Below the pieces are notes generated by a model. The model had not been told where the DNA came from, did no database searches, and worked only from the letters and a program-made list of their open reading frames with translations. Of a stretch of DNA of 64,000 nucleotides, positions 1-12,997 are shown in pieces. This DNA comes from Azolla caroliniana (lineage: Eukaryota; Plantae; Polypodiophyta). Location of the stretch: NCBI GenBank assembly GCA_043228905.1, contig JBHGNT010000011.1:10912001-10976000 (forward strand), given 5' to 3'. Both the position numbers and the translations under genes were made by a program. Positions within the stretch are counted from its first letter, which is position 1. Every line of letters starts with the position of its first letter.

Positions 1-934
1 AGAAGGCTCTCAACCGGACCTTCTCAATGAAAGACTTGGGTCCGGCAAGACAGATGCTGGGGATGCATATTATCCGGAACCGGTCAACGAAGCAATTATG
101 GCTGTCACAGGAAAAGTACGTGACAAAGGCGCTTCACCGGTTCAACATGTCAGATGCGAAACCGGTCGGATCGACACTTCCGGAAAACTGCAGGTTATCC
201 GATAAGCAAAGCCCGAAGACGAAAGTAGAGAAGGCGGATATGATGAAGATTCCATATGCCTCTGCCGTTGGGAGCTTGATGTACGCAATGGTGTGTACCC
301 GACCGGATATAGGATACGCAATCGGAGTGGTGTCGGAGTGGTGAGCCGGTTTATGAGCAATCCCGGCAAGGAGCACTGGAACGCGGTCAAATGGATACTC
401 TGATATTTGAAGGGCACTTCAAATATGTGTCTCCGATTCGGCTCCAGAAAACCTCAACTGGACGGTTTCACCGATTCGGACATGTCGGCTGATGTGGATA
501 CCAGCCGGTCTACATCCGGGTATGTAATGACATATGTAGGGGGAGCTGTTTCGTGGCAGTCGAGTCTGCAGAAGACGGTTGCATTGTCAACCACGGAGGC
601 GGAGTACATGGCGGTTGTGGAAGCCGGCAAGGAAATATTATGGATGAAGGACTTCATCGGAGAGCTCGGTATCCGGCAAGATGAATACCGGCTCTATTGC
701 GATAGTCAAAGTGCCATCCACCTTGCTAAGAATGCGGCCTACCATTCCCGGACGAAGCATATCCAACGAAGGTATCATTGGATCCGGGAGAGAATAGATG
801 ACCAGGAGTTCGCGCTGACGAAGATCCACACGACCGAGAACGGGTAAGATATGCTGACCAAAGTGTTGATACCCGACAAGCTGGATGCATGCCGGAAGAG
901 GATCGGACTGGTAAGACACCCCATGCCGGAGTGA
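1..934 (+). pseudogene. Ty1/copia RT C-terminus and RNase H (Tork/Tnt1-like), disrupted
   Basis: ORFs 27-344 (MKDLGPARQMLGM, IPYASAVGSLMYAMVCTRPDI) and 407-847 (GFTDSD, ALSTTEAEY, YCDSQSAIHLAKN, HSRTKHI); frameshift near 335 and a premature stop at 845-847. Confidence 0.93.
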
Positions 935-944
935 AGGGGGGGTT

Positions 945-1816
945 TGTTGGGAGACAGGTCCCTCCGGATGGGAAGGGAGAAGTACAGTGCCGATGAACAA
1001 ACTCGGATGAGGAGTACCCGGCTACGGAGAGCTAGATGGTACAGACCCGGTGAAGACCGGATGAGGAGCACCCGGCTACGGAGAGCCGGATGGTACAGAC
1101 CCGGTGAAGACCGGATGAGGAGCACCCTGCTACGGAGAGCCGGATGGTACAGACCCGGTGAAGACCGGATGAGGAGTACCTGGCTACGGAGAGCCGGATG
1201 ATACAGACCCGATGAAGACCGAATGAGGAGCACCCGGTTACGTAGAGCCGGATGGTACAGACCCGGTGAAGACCGGATGAGGAGTACCCGACTACGGAGA
1301 TTCGGATGATGCAGGCCCGGTGAGGAGCGCTCTCCGGATGAAGAGACATATTCGTAAATATGTTTCTGAAAGTCCATCGTGGCTATATTTGTAAATAGCC
1401 GAAAAGTCATATTAGTATAAATATGACTTAGGGCAAACTTTTGTGGTTGTTGTTGTCATTGTTGTCTGCGCGAGATCGGAGCGCGTAACTGTGTACAGAG
1501 AGAGTGAGAGAGAGGAAGAGGTCGTTGCCTCAGTTGTAACCGCCGCCTGTAGCGAAGATCGTGAGCACGAGGTCGTTGCCTCCGTGAACTCACTGTTGTA
1601 CATTCTAACATAGTGATAGTTTGCAGCCTGTGGGCTGCCGTGGTTTTTCCCTCAGTTTGGGTTTTCCACGTAAACATCCTGTGTACTCTTCTCCTCTTTA
1701 TGTCGTGCATTTATTTCCCGTTTTCTGCGTATGATTCTAAGCTCGGTTGTGGCCGAGCGCTGCACATAAGGAACGATTAGTTCACGTCAGATGAATCCGA
1801 TGACCGAGATCCAACA
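945..1816 (+). mobile_element. 3' LTR of the copia element
   Basis: Polypurine tract GAAGGGGGGG at 933-942, then TGTTGG (945) ... CCAACA (1816) inverted termini. TATAAATA near 1416. The R/U5 part resembles the LTRs at 14860-15140 and 17530-17809. Confidence 0.88.
1004..1342. repeat. 54-bp tandem array (about 6 copies) in LTR U3
   Basis: Unit CCGGATGAGGAGCACCCGGCTACGGAGAGCCGGATGGTACAGACCCGGTGAAGA; ATG recurs at 1007, 1061, 1115, 1169, 1223, 1277. Confidence 0.95.
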
Positions 1817-2486
1817 TCCGGCATCATCCGGTGACGGCGACCGACGGAGCCGGCGAAACGATGACCAGACGGAGAAACGCCTTGTAAAAATACATTAATA
1901 ATAAACATATATATATATATGTATGTATGTATGTATATTCAAAAGGAGTGCAAGTGAAAACTTGATCCTTGTACCTCCACGTTGAGAGTCTATAGATTTA
2001 CCACTAGCCTATGTCATTTCCTTAAAAATGTTTTTCTTATCATTATAGTTTTACATGTAAATTCTTATATTAGAGCTTGATTGAGTGACATGTGATGCAT
2101 GAGCACCAAATGGCAAACATGCATCACATGCATTCCATGCATTGTATGCATGTCTTGTACCCGCATGCATCATATGTATGGGAGCATTTATAAAAGGATG
2201 GATGAAAAAGATCAAAAGTATGCTATGTATGATTCAAGAATTTAAGAAGAAGAAAATTTGTTCTCTAATTGATGGTGTATCTTATTTCTTAAATCGAAAG
2301 TCAAGGGTCCAATCTTAAGCTCTCTCTCAATCTAAAATCAAGCGTTCTATCTTATCTCAATCTCTCTCTCTTCCAATCTATCTTAATTCCTTTCTCGCTA
2401 AAGCTAGTGCAACTTCGAATCCTTCTGGTCCAGAACCCTGGCGGTTCCGCCTTGCGATCCGCACCTAGTGACGGATCTTCATGACA
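1817..2486 (+). mobile_element. Gypsy LTR (5' part cut off by the copia insertion), related to LTRs at 13592-14267 and 61038-61875
   Basis: CATGCA-rich block 2090-2195 aligns with 13940-14050. 1948-2015 is the reverse complement of 61570-61633. Ends CATGACA at 2486. Its 3' end recurs inverted at 7498-7720. Confidence 0.7.
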
Positions 2487-2699
2487 ACATGATCCACTCG
2501 AGTGAGACTCAGAAGCGCGGGTCAGTCATGGATCATGCATGGGCCGTAACTGAATTTGGAGGCCATGCACAACTAAAGTAAACTTTATGTGGGATGCGCG
2601 GATCGGTCGCGACGGGCGTGTTGGATGCAATGCACAGATCGTGCACGAGCCGTAACTGAGCGTGGAGGCCATGCACAACTAAAATATGAAAGACCGGCG

Positions 2700-3408
2700 A
2701 GAATTGGGCAGTCTTTTGGAGGATAAAATGCAATCAAATGGCTTGGTAGCAGACTGGGCAGCGGTGAAGAAGCCTTGTAGCCATTTTGAAAAGCGTCGAC
2801 TATGGTTAGAGGAAACAGACATGGAGAATCCATAATCGTGGAGGAGGAAGGCGTATGCAACGATCGAGCCTAGCAAGTTGCTCAACAATTTCGACAAGGA
2901 ATCTATAATTGAAGAGCTCTCCGAGAAGTTTGAAGTGGTATCGCTGGCCAGCTTAGGTCGATGCGGGCCGAAGGGAAAAGAAGCGTTTAGATGTGTGTGG
3001 TGTGATAGCTTCGAGCACTCACAAAGGGAGTGCGTTAACCGTCAAGACGCAATTCGCAAGAACATCTTCTATTTGGACAACAACATGATCCACTCGAGTG
3101 AGACTCAGAAGCCACTACGAGTGAACTTCAGAAGAGGTGGGCTGAAAAAGATTGTGGAAGAGGAAGACGCAAGGCATGTGGAAGCTATGCACTATGTTGC
3201 ATCAGCCGAGATACGAGTTGGAAGAGAGAATCTAAAGACAATCAAGCCAAGAGCTAGGTTTTGGCCGACGGTCTTCGAGTGCGAGAAAAAAGGCAAAATC
3301 GATTTGGAGGATCTAAAACTTGTTGATCGGAATGTACGACGAGTTACTAGATTGTTGGATCCAGTCGATGATAACACAAGCTTTGTGGAGGTTGTGTGTG
3401 ACAACTAG
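2700..3408 (+). pseudogene. Gypsy gag fragment with zinc knuckle
   Basis: ORF 2878-3408 contains CVWCDSFEHSQREC (CX2CX4HX4C) downstream of the LTR ending at 2486. Confidence 0.65.
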
Positions 3409-3725
3409 AAGGTGAGCGATCCAAATCGGTCCTCGCCAACAGAAAGTGGCGTGAAACGATAACAAAAATACAATGCAAGCAAGCAATGATCCAATCCCCA
3501 CCAGGAAAGTGAGCGGTTGTGACCCCCACCGGAACTGGGAAGGTGAGCGATCGAAAGCACCCCTCACCAAAACCGTGATGCAAAATGATACCTAAAAATG
3601 ATGACAAGTACTGTTGAAGACAAGGAAGTTGATGACGGTAACTCTGGAAGCAAGGACGGTGATTATGGTAACTGTAGAAGCAAGGGTGATGACGAAGATG
3701 GGTGATGCTTCCAGTTGGAAGGGAT
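3403..3725 (-). mobile_element. Internal leader of an LTR element whose LTR is at 19147-19704 (split by the chromovirus insertion)
   Basis: 3403-3725 joined to 19141-19270 is collinear with the reverse complement of the uninterrupted copy at 6620-7150, including the motif CCCCACCAGGAAAGTGAGCGGTTGTGACCCCCACCGG. Confidence 0.75.
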
Positions 3726-4144
3726 TGTCAGAACCAAGAATAAAAGATAGAGTGATGGAAGAAGGATATAAGAGAACACGAGAAGAAAGGAACGGAATGT
3801 TAAGAGAATAATGGGTGTATTAAGATAGAGAAAGAAAGAGAATGGATACAAGATATGTAATCAGAGCTAAAGACTGGTGTTGATTTGAATTGATTTGAGA
3901 ATACATTTATGCCCTTATTTATAGGTTCATATAGAATAGCTTAGAGATTTCTATAATGTTCTAGGACATTCTAGAACATTCTAGAATGATCTAGAGTCTT
4001 TACAATAATCAATGAAATACAAAAAGTAGCTTTTATTCTCTAATATGACAATAAGCTATCTTAATGGTTGAGGTTTTCTATTATGGATTACAAGGTTCGA
4101 TGTTCAAGTCCGGGTGACGCCATAATGGTCATGTGTTCATGACA
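3726..4144 (-). mobile_element. 3' LTR of the chromovirus
   Basis: Direct repeat of 18727-19135; preceded on the minus strand by the purine tract AAAGGAGGGATAG. Confidence 0.9.
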
Positions 4145-4189
4145 CTATCCCTCCTTTGAGAACGTCGAGTGGAAGTCGGCGCTAACATT

Positions 4190-6616
4190 GTAGGGCCGGG
4201 TTTGTTTGGATAGTGGCAATGGAAGTCATCGACAAGAGCTTGAGCATTATAAATGTTATCGATAGGTTCCCAAGTGCAATCACTCAGAGGATAGTCAAGT
4301 CAATCAACTAGATAATAAAGCTTATTGCACACAATCTTAGAATCGAGAATAGCAACTACCTCGTATTCGGGGCTGTCAACCAGTTGGATAGAAGGCAGTG
4401 GTGGTACGACATGATTAGGAATTAAAGAAGTGCAGCAAGGTTCCAAAAGAGAGCTATGAAAGAATGGGTAAAGCCGCATATGTGCAGGAAGGTTAAGACG
4501 AAATGTTGCATCATTAATCCGCGCTATGATGACAAAAGGACCTAAGCATTGATAATCGAGCTTAGCACACGGGCGGTTAGTCTTGATGTGACGACGAAGC
4601 AACCATACTTGGTCACCAACCTTAAAAGGAGACTTAAGACGATGTCGATCGACATTGGTCTTATGGTGTGTTTGCGCTTTTGATGCGCTGCACTAGGGTT
4701 TCGCGACACCTCAGGAAGATCCAGGATACACCATCGAGGGTGGTTGCTAGTGTAGGCAAAAAAGGTGTAACTTTGGTTGAAGAGTGTACCATGTTGTTGT
4801 ATGCAAACTCAACGAGATGTAAAATATTACTCCAATCATCTTGTTGATAACTGATGAAGCATCGAAGATACTGCTCGAGCGTTTGATTTGTGCGCTCTGT
4901 TTGTCCGTTAGTTTGTGGATAATAAGCTAAAGAGAGTTTGTAGGAGATTTTGAGGCCTGTCCATAGGTGCTTCAAAAAGTGTGAGATAAATTGAGGACCT
5001 CGATCGCTAATAATATCATTTGGGAGACCATGATGACGAAACACCTCACGCATAATGAGATCTGTAGTTTCGTCACTACTAATGGTCTTTACACATGGTA
5101 CAAATGCGCCATCTTTGTGAACCGATCCACTACTGTTAAAATACTATCAAAGCCTTTGGAAGTTGGCAAATCTATAATGAAATCCATAGAAATAGACTGG
5201 CATGGCTTGCTGGGAGGTGGTAATGGTTGTAGTAAGCCATAAGGATGATGCTTGGGTATTTTGGCACGACATCAAGTGTCACATGTGTGAAAGTAATCTT
5301 CGACAAATTTTTGCAAGTGAGGCCACCAAAACGAACGTTTCACCAGCTCAATGGTCTTGGCAATACCAAAATGTCTAGCCATGGGGGCATCATGACAATT
5401 TTCTAACACTTGAAGTCGGGGTGATCCGTCAAGGACGTAAAGGAGATTCTTGTAGAAGTGTAAGCCATCTTGCCACTTGAAGTCCTAATAATGTTGAGAT
5501 GACCCTTGCAATGTGGAGCAAGATGGACGACTTGAACCAATGTGGGCTAAGACATCCTTAGCGAAATCATCAGAGCGAAGTTGTTGCCGAATAGTGTCAA
5601 GAAGGCTAGAATCAAGTGGCGTGGCATAAATTGTTGTTGCTTGTAGCTTTGATGGCTTGAGGAGAATCTGCTTTTGATTGTCAAAGGCCGGATCTCTAGG
5701 TCGATGAGCTAGTTACGAATGCCGAGACAAAGCACCTGCTTTCCCTTGTTGTTTTCCGGGGCAAAAAATGATCTTGAAATCGAAACACGTTAGAAATTGG
5801 GCCCACCGAGCTTGTCGTCTATTTAATACTCCAATTGTTTGAAAATATGTGAGATTTTTGTGATCACTATAAATGATAATCTGATGAGGCGATCCTTTTA
5901 GAAAATGACACCATTGCTCGAATGAGTCGACCACAACTAGTAACTCCTTGTCATGCACCTCATAGTTTATCTCCGAAACAGTAAATTTTCTCGAATGAAA
6001 CGTGGCTGGATGAGTCTGCCTGTCCTCGGTTGGTTGCGATAGGATACTTCCCAATGCGAAGCCTGACTCATCCGCCTCAATAGTAAATGGCTTTTCGGGA
6101 TCAATATGCACTAGGATAGGTGTTGATTTGAATGCCTCTTTTAGCTTAGTAAAAGCCTTGTCCGCTTCGATACTCCAAAAAAATGCTTGATTTTTCTTGG
6201 TGAGTTGGGTGAGGGGCAACACAATGCTTGAATAATTACGTATGAATTTGCGATAGAAGTTCGTAAATCTGAGGAAACACTGGACGTCCCAAATTGAGCA
6301 TGGGGGTTTCCATTCCAATATTGTTTGAACTTTTGCCGGATCCATGAAAATACCCTTGGATGAAATAGTGTATCCCAAAAATTCGACTTGTTTGCAATCA
6401 AAACTGCATTTCTCAAGTTAGGCATAAAGACCATACTTTCTTAGGCGTTCAAGTACTTTCTGCACATGTATATCATGCTCCTCCTGTGTTTTAGAGTAAA
6501 TCAATAGATCATCTAGGTAGATGATGAGAAAGATATCCAAGAAATCCTGGAAAATGTCATTTGCCATATGCGGAAATAGTACGAGTGCATTTGTGAGCCC
6601 GAAAGGCATGACTGTA
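4190..6616 (-). pseudogene. Chromovirus pol remnant: RT C-half, RNase H, integrase, chromodomain
   Basis: VMPFGLTNA...IYLDDLLIYS (RT); EADESGFALGSILSQ, NYEVHDKELL (RNase H); HGLPNDIISDRGPQF, PQTNGQTERTNQTLEQYLR (INT); EYEVVAILDSK...YYLVD...TWEP (chromodomain). Many stops and frameshifts. Confidence 0.92.
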
Positions 6617-6619
6617 TAC

Positions 6620-7720
6620 ACTTCATTCCATCTTGTCTCCTTCTTCATCTTTATCTTCATTCTCTTATGTCATTCCTAGCTTCTTAAGTTCCTCATAGCC
6701 TTGTCATCTGTGTTCCATCCGAGTCTGCGGTTGGTGTGACCATGATCGTTTGAATCCCTTCCACTGGAAGCATCACTCGTCTTCGTCATCACCCTTACAT
6801 CCTTGATTTTAGAGACGCCATTTTCACCATAGTCACAATCGTTCTTTCTAGAGACATGTCCTCATCATCATCGCCTTCATTGCCTTGGCTTAAACATTGT
6901 CATTTTTCATTATCGTCATTTTTCCGCCCTCTTCATTGTCATTGTCATAATCTATAGGTATCATTTTGCATCACGATTTTGGTGAGGATTAATTTCTATC
7001 ACTCACGTTCACGCTTCCGGTGGGGGTTACAACCGCTCACTTTCCTGGTGGGGATCGAATCATTGCTCGCTTGCACTCCACTTTCCTTTGACGAGGATCA
7101 ATTTCGATCACTCACCTTCTAGTTCGGTGGGGTCACAACCGCTCACTTTCTTGGTGGGGATCGCGTTGGTTTCTCACTAGCGTTACCATTTGTGTTGTGT
7201 TTTGGTTCAACCTCGACTATTTTCATTCTCATGATAGAAGAAGTCGAGTTGACCACTTCACCAACACTTCTTCGCTTGTTGTTGTTCTAGTTCCCGGTGA
7301 GGACCACACACAGTCACTCACGCCCGTCGGTGTTCGTGTCTCCGGTGAGGACCGCACACGGTCGCTCACGCCCATTGGTGTTCATGTCTCTAGTGAGGAC
7401 CACACATGGTCGTTCACGTTCATACATGTTCCATTCTCCGGTCAGCCACTCCTCAACCTACTCCGGTTTTCTCTTGCAGCTCACCCCTACACCACGCTGT
7501 CGTGAAAATCCGTCACTATGTGCGGATGGTGAGGCGGAATCGTCGGGGTCCTAAACCGGAAGGATTCAAAGTTTGTACGAGCTTTCGCGAGAAAGTATTT
7601 AAGATAGTTTGAAAGAGAGAGAGAGATTGAGATAAGATAGAATGCTTGACTTTAGATTGAGAGAGATTGAAATGGAGAGAGAGATTAAGATTGAATCCTT
7701 GACTTTACATTTGAGGATGG
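6620..7720. mobile_element. Inverted composite block: LTR end and leader of the 19147-type element, 48-bp repeats, and an inverted copy of the 2290-2486 LTR end
   Basis: 6620-6745 is the reverse complement of about 19147-19270; 6750-7150 of 3403-3725; 7498-7720 of 2290-2486. About 3 copies of a 48-bp unit at 7294-7445. Confidence 0.7.
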
Positions 7721-8915
7721 TAAAAGAAGTGTTCAATTTCTTACTGTTAGGTAGGAGCATGATAGAAATAAAGAAGAATTACGAATTAACTCATGTGAGC
7801 ATGATATGTCATCTTATGAGTCGGATTTTTAAATAGGATCATTGATGAGCAGGGACACAATGGTTCCAAAGCTTTTCTTTCCTTGTAAAAATGTTTTCCA
7901 ATTAATAAAACAATCAAGGCTTTCTCTAATACAATGGATGGATTTACCTGTTACTTTGGTGTGGAAAGCCATATACAAAATAAAGGGAGCAGGAAAATGT
8001 TGGATGCATTGTGCACTTCAAGGATGATTGAAAGGGATGACATAATTATTGGTATGTTTTTTGAATATTCAGATGTAGATACAGTCAAAATATTAGAAAA
8101 TTGCTTGAATGAGAAAGAATGTGGCAAAAGATTTGTTCATGTAAATTCTATTGATATGTACCTTCATATTGCTGATTTTATTGAAAAAAATGGTTGTATA
8201 GCTAAAAGTGAAATAGCTGGCAATAGCTATCATGAAATAACTAATGAAAATAAAGCAAGTGAAAATAGTTATGCAATAATAGTTAACACTAAATATAAAA
8301 CAATAGACAAAAAGGTCAAGCATGTGGCTATGAATCTACCTATGGATAGTACTGAAAAGAAAAAGAATGTTGTGTTTGAGCCAACATTGCGGGATTCTAA
8401 GGATATTGGTCATAAGTTTACAAATGTTACTCTAGATCAAGCAAAAATTGGTGAGAATGATTTTGTTTTGCTTATTGAGAGACAATGTTTTCGAAATAAG
8501 ATTGCTAGTCATGGGAAAGCGTTTGCATTTGAGTCCAATTAAATTGGTTGTGTAGATCCCATAGTTTTGGAACCAATGATTATATTTACAGTTCCACATA
8601 TTCCTTGGAATTAAGGCCTATCCCTGTTCCTCGGGCCCAAATACCGCAAGTAATAGCCTTGCTTAAGGAAAAAATAGAAATGGGTATCTTGGAGCCATTA
8701 GATGCCCCCTACTCAAATAAGTGGTTGACTGTACCTAAAAAGAACGGTTCATTAAGGTTCATTCAGGATTTACAGCCTATCAATAGAGTTACTATTCGAA
8801 ATGTCGGTGTTGGACCGATTGTAGATGCCTTTGTAGGAAGAGCTATATATTCTATGTTTGATTTGTATTCAGGATATGATCAATTTCAGCTTGCTATTGA
8901 TAGTCGTGATATAAG

Positions 8916-9312
8916 TGTTGAGAAACAAGCTCAATAAAGGTATGTGATGCATATTGGTAAGTGAAATCTTCTATATTAGCTATTAGGAAATTAGCTACTA
9001 GTAGACATAAAGGTGAAACGACTATTTAGCTATCTACAGTTATTTAGCTATGCACAACTATTTAGCTAGTCACAACTAATTAGTTGCATATATAAGTCAC
9101 TTATAACTTAGGTAAAAAGTAAGAGAGTAGTTGTAAGAACAAAAAACAGAAAACTGATGAGAGCAAGTTGAGCTCTGCGAGTAATGGAACAGAAGTGTTT
9201 GTTTTACAAAGAGGTAAGTCTCCTTCCCCTTCCTTTTTTGTCTTGAGCACTAAACGATCCAGCACATCACGATCCGTTGTGCACAAAGAAGAGCTGGAGC
9301 ACCTTCGTAACA
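8916..9312. mobile_element. Solo LTR inserted in the RT
   Basis: TGTTG...TAACA termini, flanks ATAAG/ATAAC. Removal restores DSRDITSMRTPIGL. Confidence 0.85.
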
Positions 9313-11185
9313 ATAACTAGTATGAGGACACCAATTGGATTGATGCAAATGTGTACATTGCCTCAAGGTGCTACAAATTCTATAACACATATGGTGAATG
9401 CTATGAATAAAATTTTAAGAGATTTTGTGCCAAAATTAACTATGCCTTTTCTAGATAATGATCCAATTAAAGGATGCTCGATGAATAAGAAGGATGAAAA
9501 ACTCATGCCAAATAGATGTAGAAAGTTTGTTGCAGACCACATTGATGCTTGTGAAAGAATCCTTTCAAGGTTAGAGGAGGTTCATCTTACATTTTCAAGT
9601 AAAAAATCTATGTTTGGGGTTCCCGAAGTTCTTATTGTAGGGCACATGTGTGGACCCTACAGAAGAAAGCCATCCCCAATTAAGGTAAATGCAATTCAAA
9701 ATCTGAAGGATGATTGTAAATCTCTAACAGAAGTGCATAGGTTTTTGGGTGCTTGTGTGTTTTACCGAATTTGGATTCCACATTTCGCACATGTGGCTGA
9801 TCCGCTTTATGGGTTGCTTAAGAAGAATTCAAGTTTCCTTTGGACTAATGTACATATAGATGCAATTCGTCAACTAAAGGAAATGTTGTTGAATGCCCCT
9901 GTTTTACGGACAACGAGGTATGATTGTGAACACCCCATCATTGTTACTGTGGATACAAGTCCAATTAGGATCGGTTGGGCTGTTAGCCAAGAAGAGAAGG
10001 ATGGGTTGAGATATGCAATTCGATTTGGTGCAAAAATCTTAACAGAACGCCAAAGATCTTACCCACAAATTAAAAGAGAGTTATGGGGTATGTTAACAAC
10101 TATTAAAACAGATCGTGAATACTTAATTGGTGTTGAAGTTGTGGTTGAAATAGATTGTCGTCCATTGCTAGGAATGATTTCATGTTGTGAAACATCTGAT
10201 ATAGATATGCTTAGATGGATAGCTTACATAAAATCACTATGTCTTGAAATCAAGCACATTGCAGGAACGGATAACCCAATTGCCGATATGCTCTCAAGAG
10301 CGAGGTTTAAAGGTAAAAATACTATGGTAATGACTGATGAAGAAGATGAGAGTTTTGATTTCTTTTCCATAAATTGTAACTTGTAGGGGCATGTGATTTG
10401 GGTGTTCATGTTATTCTTCGTGAATCTGAGTATGAGGGGAGATGTTACAAATTGGAAAATACTTGAGTACTCATGAGAAAGATGGAACATGGTCAAGGGA
10501 GCTATTTCATAAAATAAGAAAGAAAGCTTATAAATTTTTTCTTCATGTGGGATATCTTTGGAGACATCCAAAAGTTGTGAAAGGGATTCCGCAAAGAGTG
10601 GTTGGAAGAAGGAAAGAGCAACAAGAACTAATATTTGAATTTCATGATACTTTATGGGCAGGTCATTGTGGAGTTTGGGCCACCTATTCGAAATTAAAAG
10701 AGAAGTTTTGGTGGCCTGGAATGTACAACGATGTTGCAAATTATGTACAATCGTATGAGAACTGCCACATGTATTCGAATATTCGTACTTATTCTTTATC
10801 TCTACATTATAAATGGGTTGCGGATATTGTAATGATGCTTGTAGGGGTTTGGCAAATGAGATATCTTGTATTGGCAAGAGAAGATTTGACAAATCAAGTG
10901 GAAGGCCGAGCCCTACACCAAAAAACCACTTCAGTTGTTTGTATGTTCCTTCTTGAAGATGTGATATGTAGGTATGGGTGCATTGGGAAGATTGTTGCAA
11001 ACAGAGGAGAACTAGATTCTAATGAAGCTGAACAATTTTTTCAAGAATGGGAATTCGATTTTCCTTAACTACGGCATATAACCCTGAAGCTAATGGGAAG
11101 GTTGAGCGTGGACATAGCCCTATAGTAAAACCTTTGGTGAAAGCTTGTGATGGCAAGATAGCTAATTGGCCTCATTTGTTACCGT

Positions 11186-12997
11186 TGTTGTGAACATCCG
11201 TCATTATGTGCGGATTGTGCGGCGGAACCGCCGGGGTTATGGACGGGAAGGAAATAGGGCTTACACACACAACACATGGAAGGCTTACACAAACAAGGCA
11301 TGAGTATTCGAACATGTTTGTGAAAAGGAGAGGTGCATGGGCAAGCCCGAATCAACCCCTAGTCATAAGGCGAACGAATGCACGTGAGGAAGACTTACAC
11401 ACGAACACACAAGGAAAAGGCTTAATTACACAGACGAGAGACAGAATTTCGAATGCCTTTGTGAAAAGAGAGGTGCATGGGCAAACCCAAACTCTCCCTT
11501 GTTACAAACACTCGAACACACAAGCAAGGTTTATACACGGGAGACACAATTTCGAATGCCTTTGTGAAAAGAGAGGTAAATGGGCAAGCCCAAACGCTCC
11601 CTTGCCACAAGTCACACGAACACACAAGCAAGGTTTACACACGGGAGACACCATTTCGAATGCCTATTTGAAAGGAGAGGTGCATGGGCAAGCCCGAACA
11701 CTCCCTTGCCACAAGTCGTACGAACACAAAAGCAAGGTTTACACATGGGAGACACAATTTCGAACACCTCTATGAAAGGAGAGGTGCATGGGCAAGCCCG
11801 AACACTCCCTTGCCACAAGTCGCACGAACACACAAGCAAGGTTTACACACGGGAGACACAATTTCGAACACCTTTGTGAAAGGAGAGGTGCATGGACAAG
11901 CTCGAACGCTCCCTTGCCACAAGTCGCAGGAACACACAAGTAAGATTTACACTAACACACAAGACACGATTTCGAACTCCTTTGTGAAAGGAGAGGTGCA
12001 TGGGCAAGCCCAAACGCTCCCTTGACACAAGTCACACGAACACACAAGCAAGATTTACACTAACACGCAAGACACATAAGTTTGAATGCCTTTGTGAAAG
12101 GAGAGGTGCATGGGCAAGCCCGAAACGCTCCCTTGTCACAAGACACACAAACAAATAAGCACAAACAACGATAACATTTAAGACACGTAGGTTTGAATGC
12201 CTTTGTGAAAAGAGAGGTTCATGGGCAAGCCCGAAACGCTCCCTTGTCACAAGACACACAAACAAATAAGCACAAATGACGATAACAAATCAGCACAATC
12301 AAGATTTACACATAAGACAAGTAGATGAAAGAAAACATTAGTTTATATCAATATAATAGATTCTTTTATAACATAAGAATCATGTTACAATGGGTTGGAT
12401 GTGAATATGAAGGATTGTTTATAAATGAATGGGGGAAGGGAGGTGGAGGAAAGAAGAGAGTGGAGTATAGAAGTAGTTTCTTTGTTGATGATGCCTCTCG
12501 ATGTTGTTGATCCTTCTTCTTCCGCTTTCCAATTGAGTAGAGCTTCCGCGTTCCTTCTCCCTCCCCCCCCCTTCTTCACTAGAATAGGCTCTTATTTATA
12601 GGTTTAGGATTGCTTGCCTTTTTCCCCTAAAAAAAAACTTGTCTATATGAGTCGACTTTTCTTTTCCTTAGTATTTCTGTTTTCTAGCCTCAAATTTCAC
12701 ATGCAAGGTATTCTTGGAAAGCTCTTTAGGTTAGATTTCTTATGCATCTTTTCTTTTCTAATTTGGACATTTGACGAGGAAATTATGACCTTTTTATTGG
12801 ACCTTGCTCCTCATATCCACGGCTAGCTTTTCTTTTCCCATCTTTTTCTCTATTTTTGTCTACTTTCGAAAACGTCTTCTAACTTTTTATCCTTTCATTT
12901 ATTACTATAGTTGACTTAAGAAAATTAGTTTATTTGGACTATTATTTTATTCTCTTTTGAGGGTGGTTTCACACTATGTGTCGAAAACATGACGACA
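11186..12997 (-). mobile_element. Long solo LTR (1.8 kb) inserted in the integrase
   Basis: TGTTGT...ACGACA termini, flanks CCGT/CCAT. Removal restores WPHLLPYAL. TATAAATA on the minus strand near 12593-12600. Confidence 0.82.
11270..12290. repeat. About 104-bp tandem array (about 9 copies) inside the solo LTR
   Basis: Recurrent TTTGTGAAAGGAGAGGTGCATGGGCAAGCCCGAACACTCCCTTGCCACAAG; ORF starts at 11477, 11580, 11684 show the period. Confidence 0.93.

Noticed and set aside
10224-11000. 258-aa minus-strand ORF
   Set aside because: Antisense shadow of the integrase region with no recognisable motifs.
11206-12265. Overlapping ORFs such as MGKPK... as genes
   Set aside because: By-products of the 104-bp repeat; the frame shifts with each unit.
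11270-12290. CRISPR-like array
   Set aside because: Units are contiguous tandem copies without unique spacers, lie inside an LTR, and no cas genes are present. The same applies to 1004-1342, 7294-7445 and 60190-60500.
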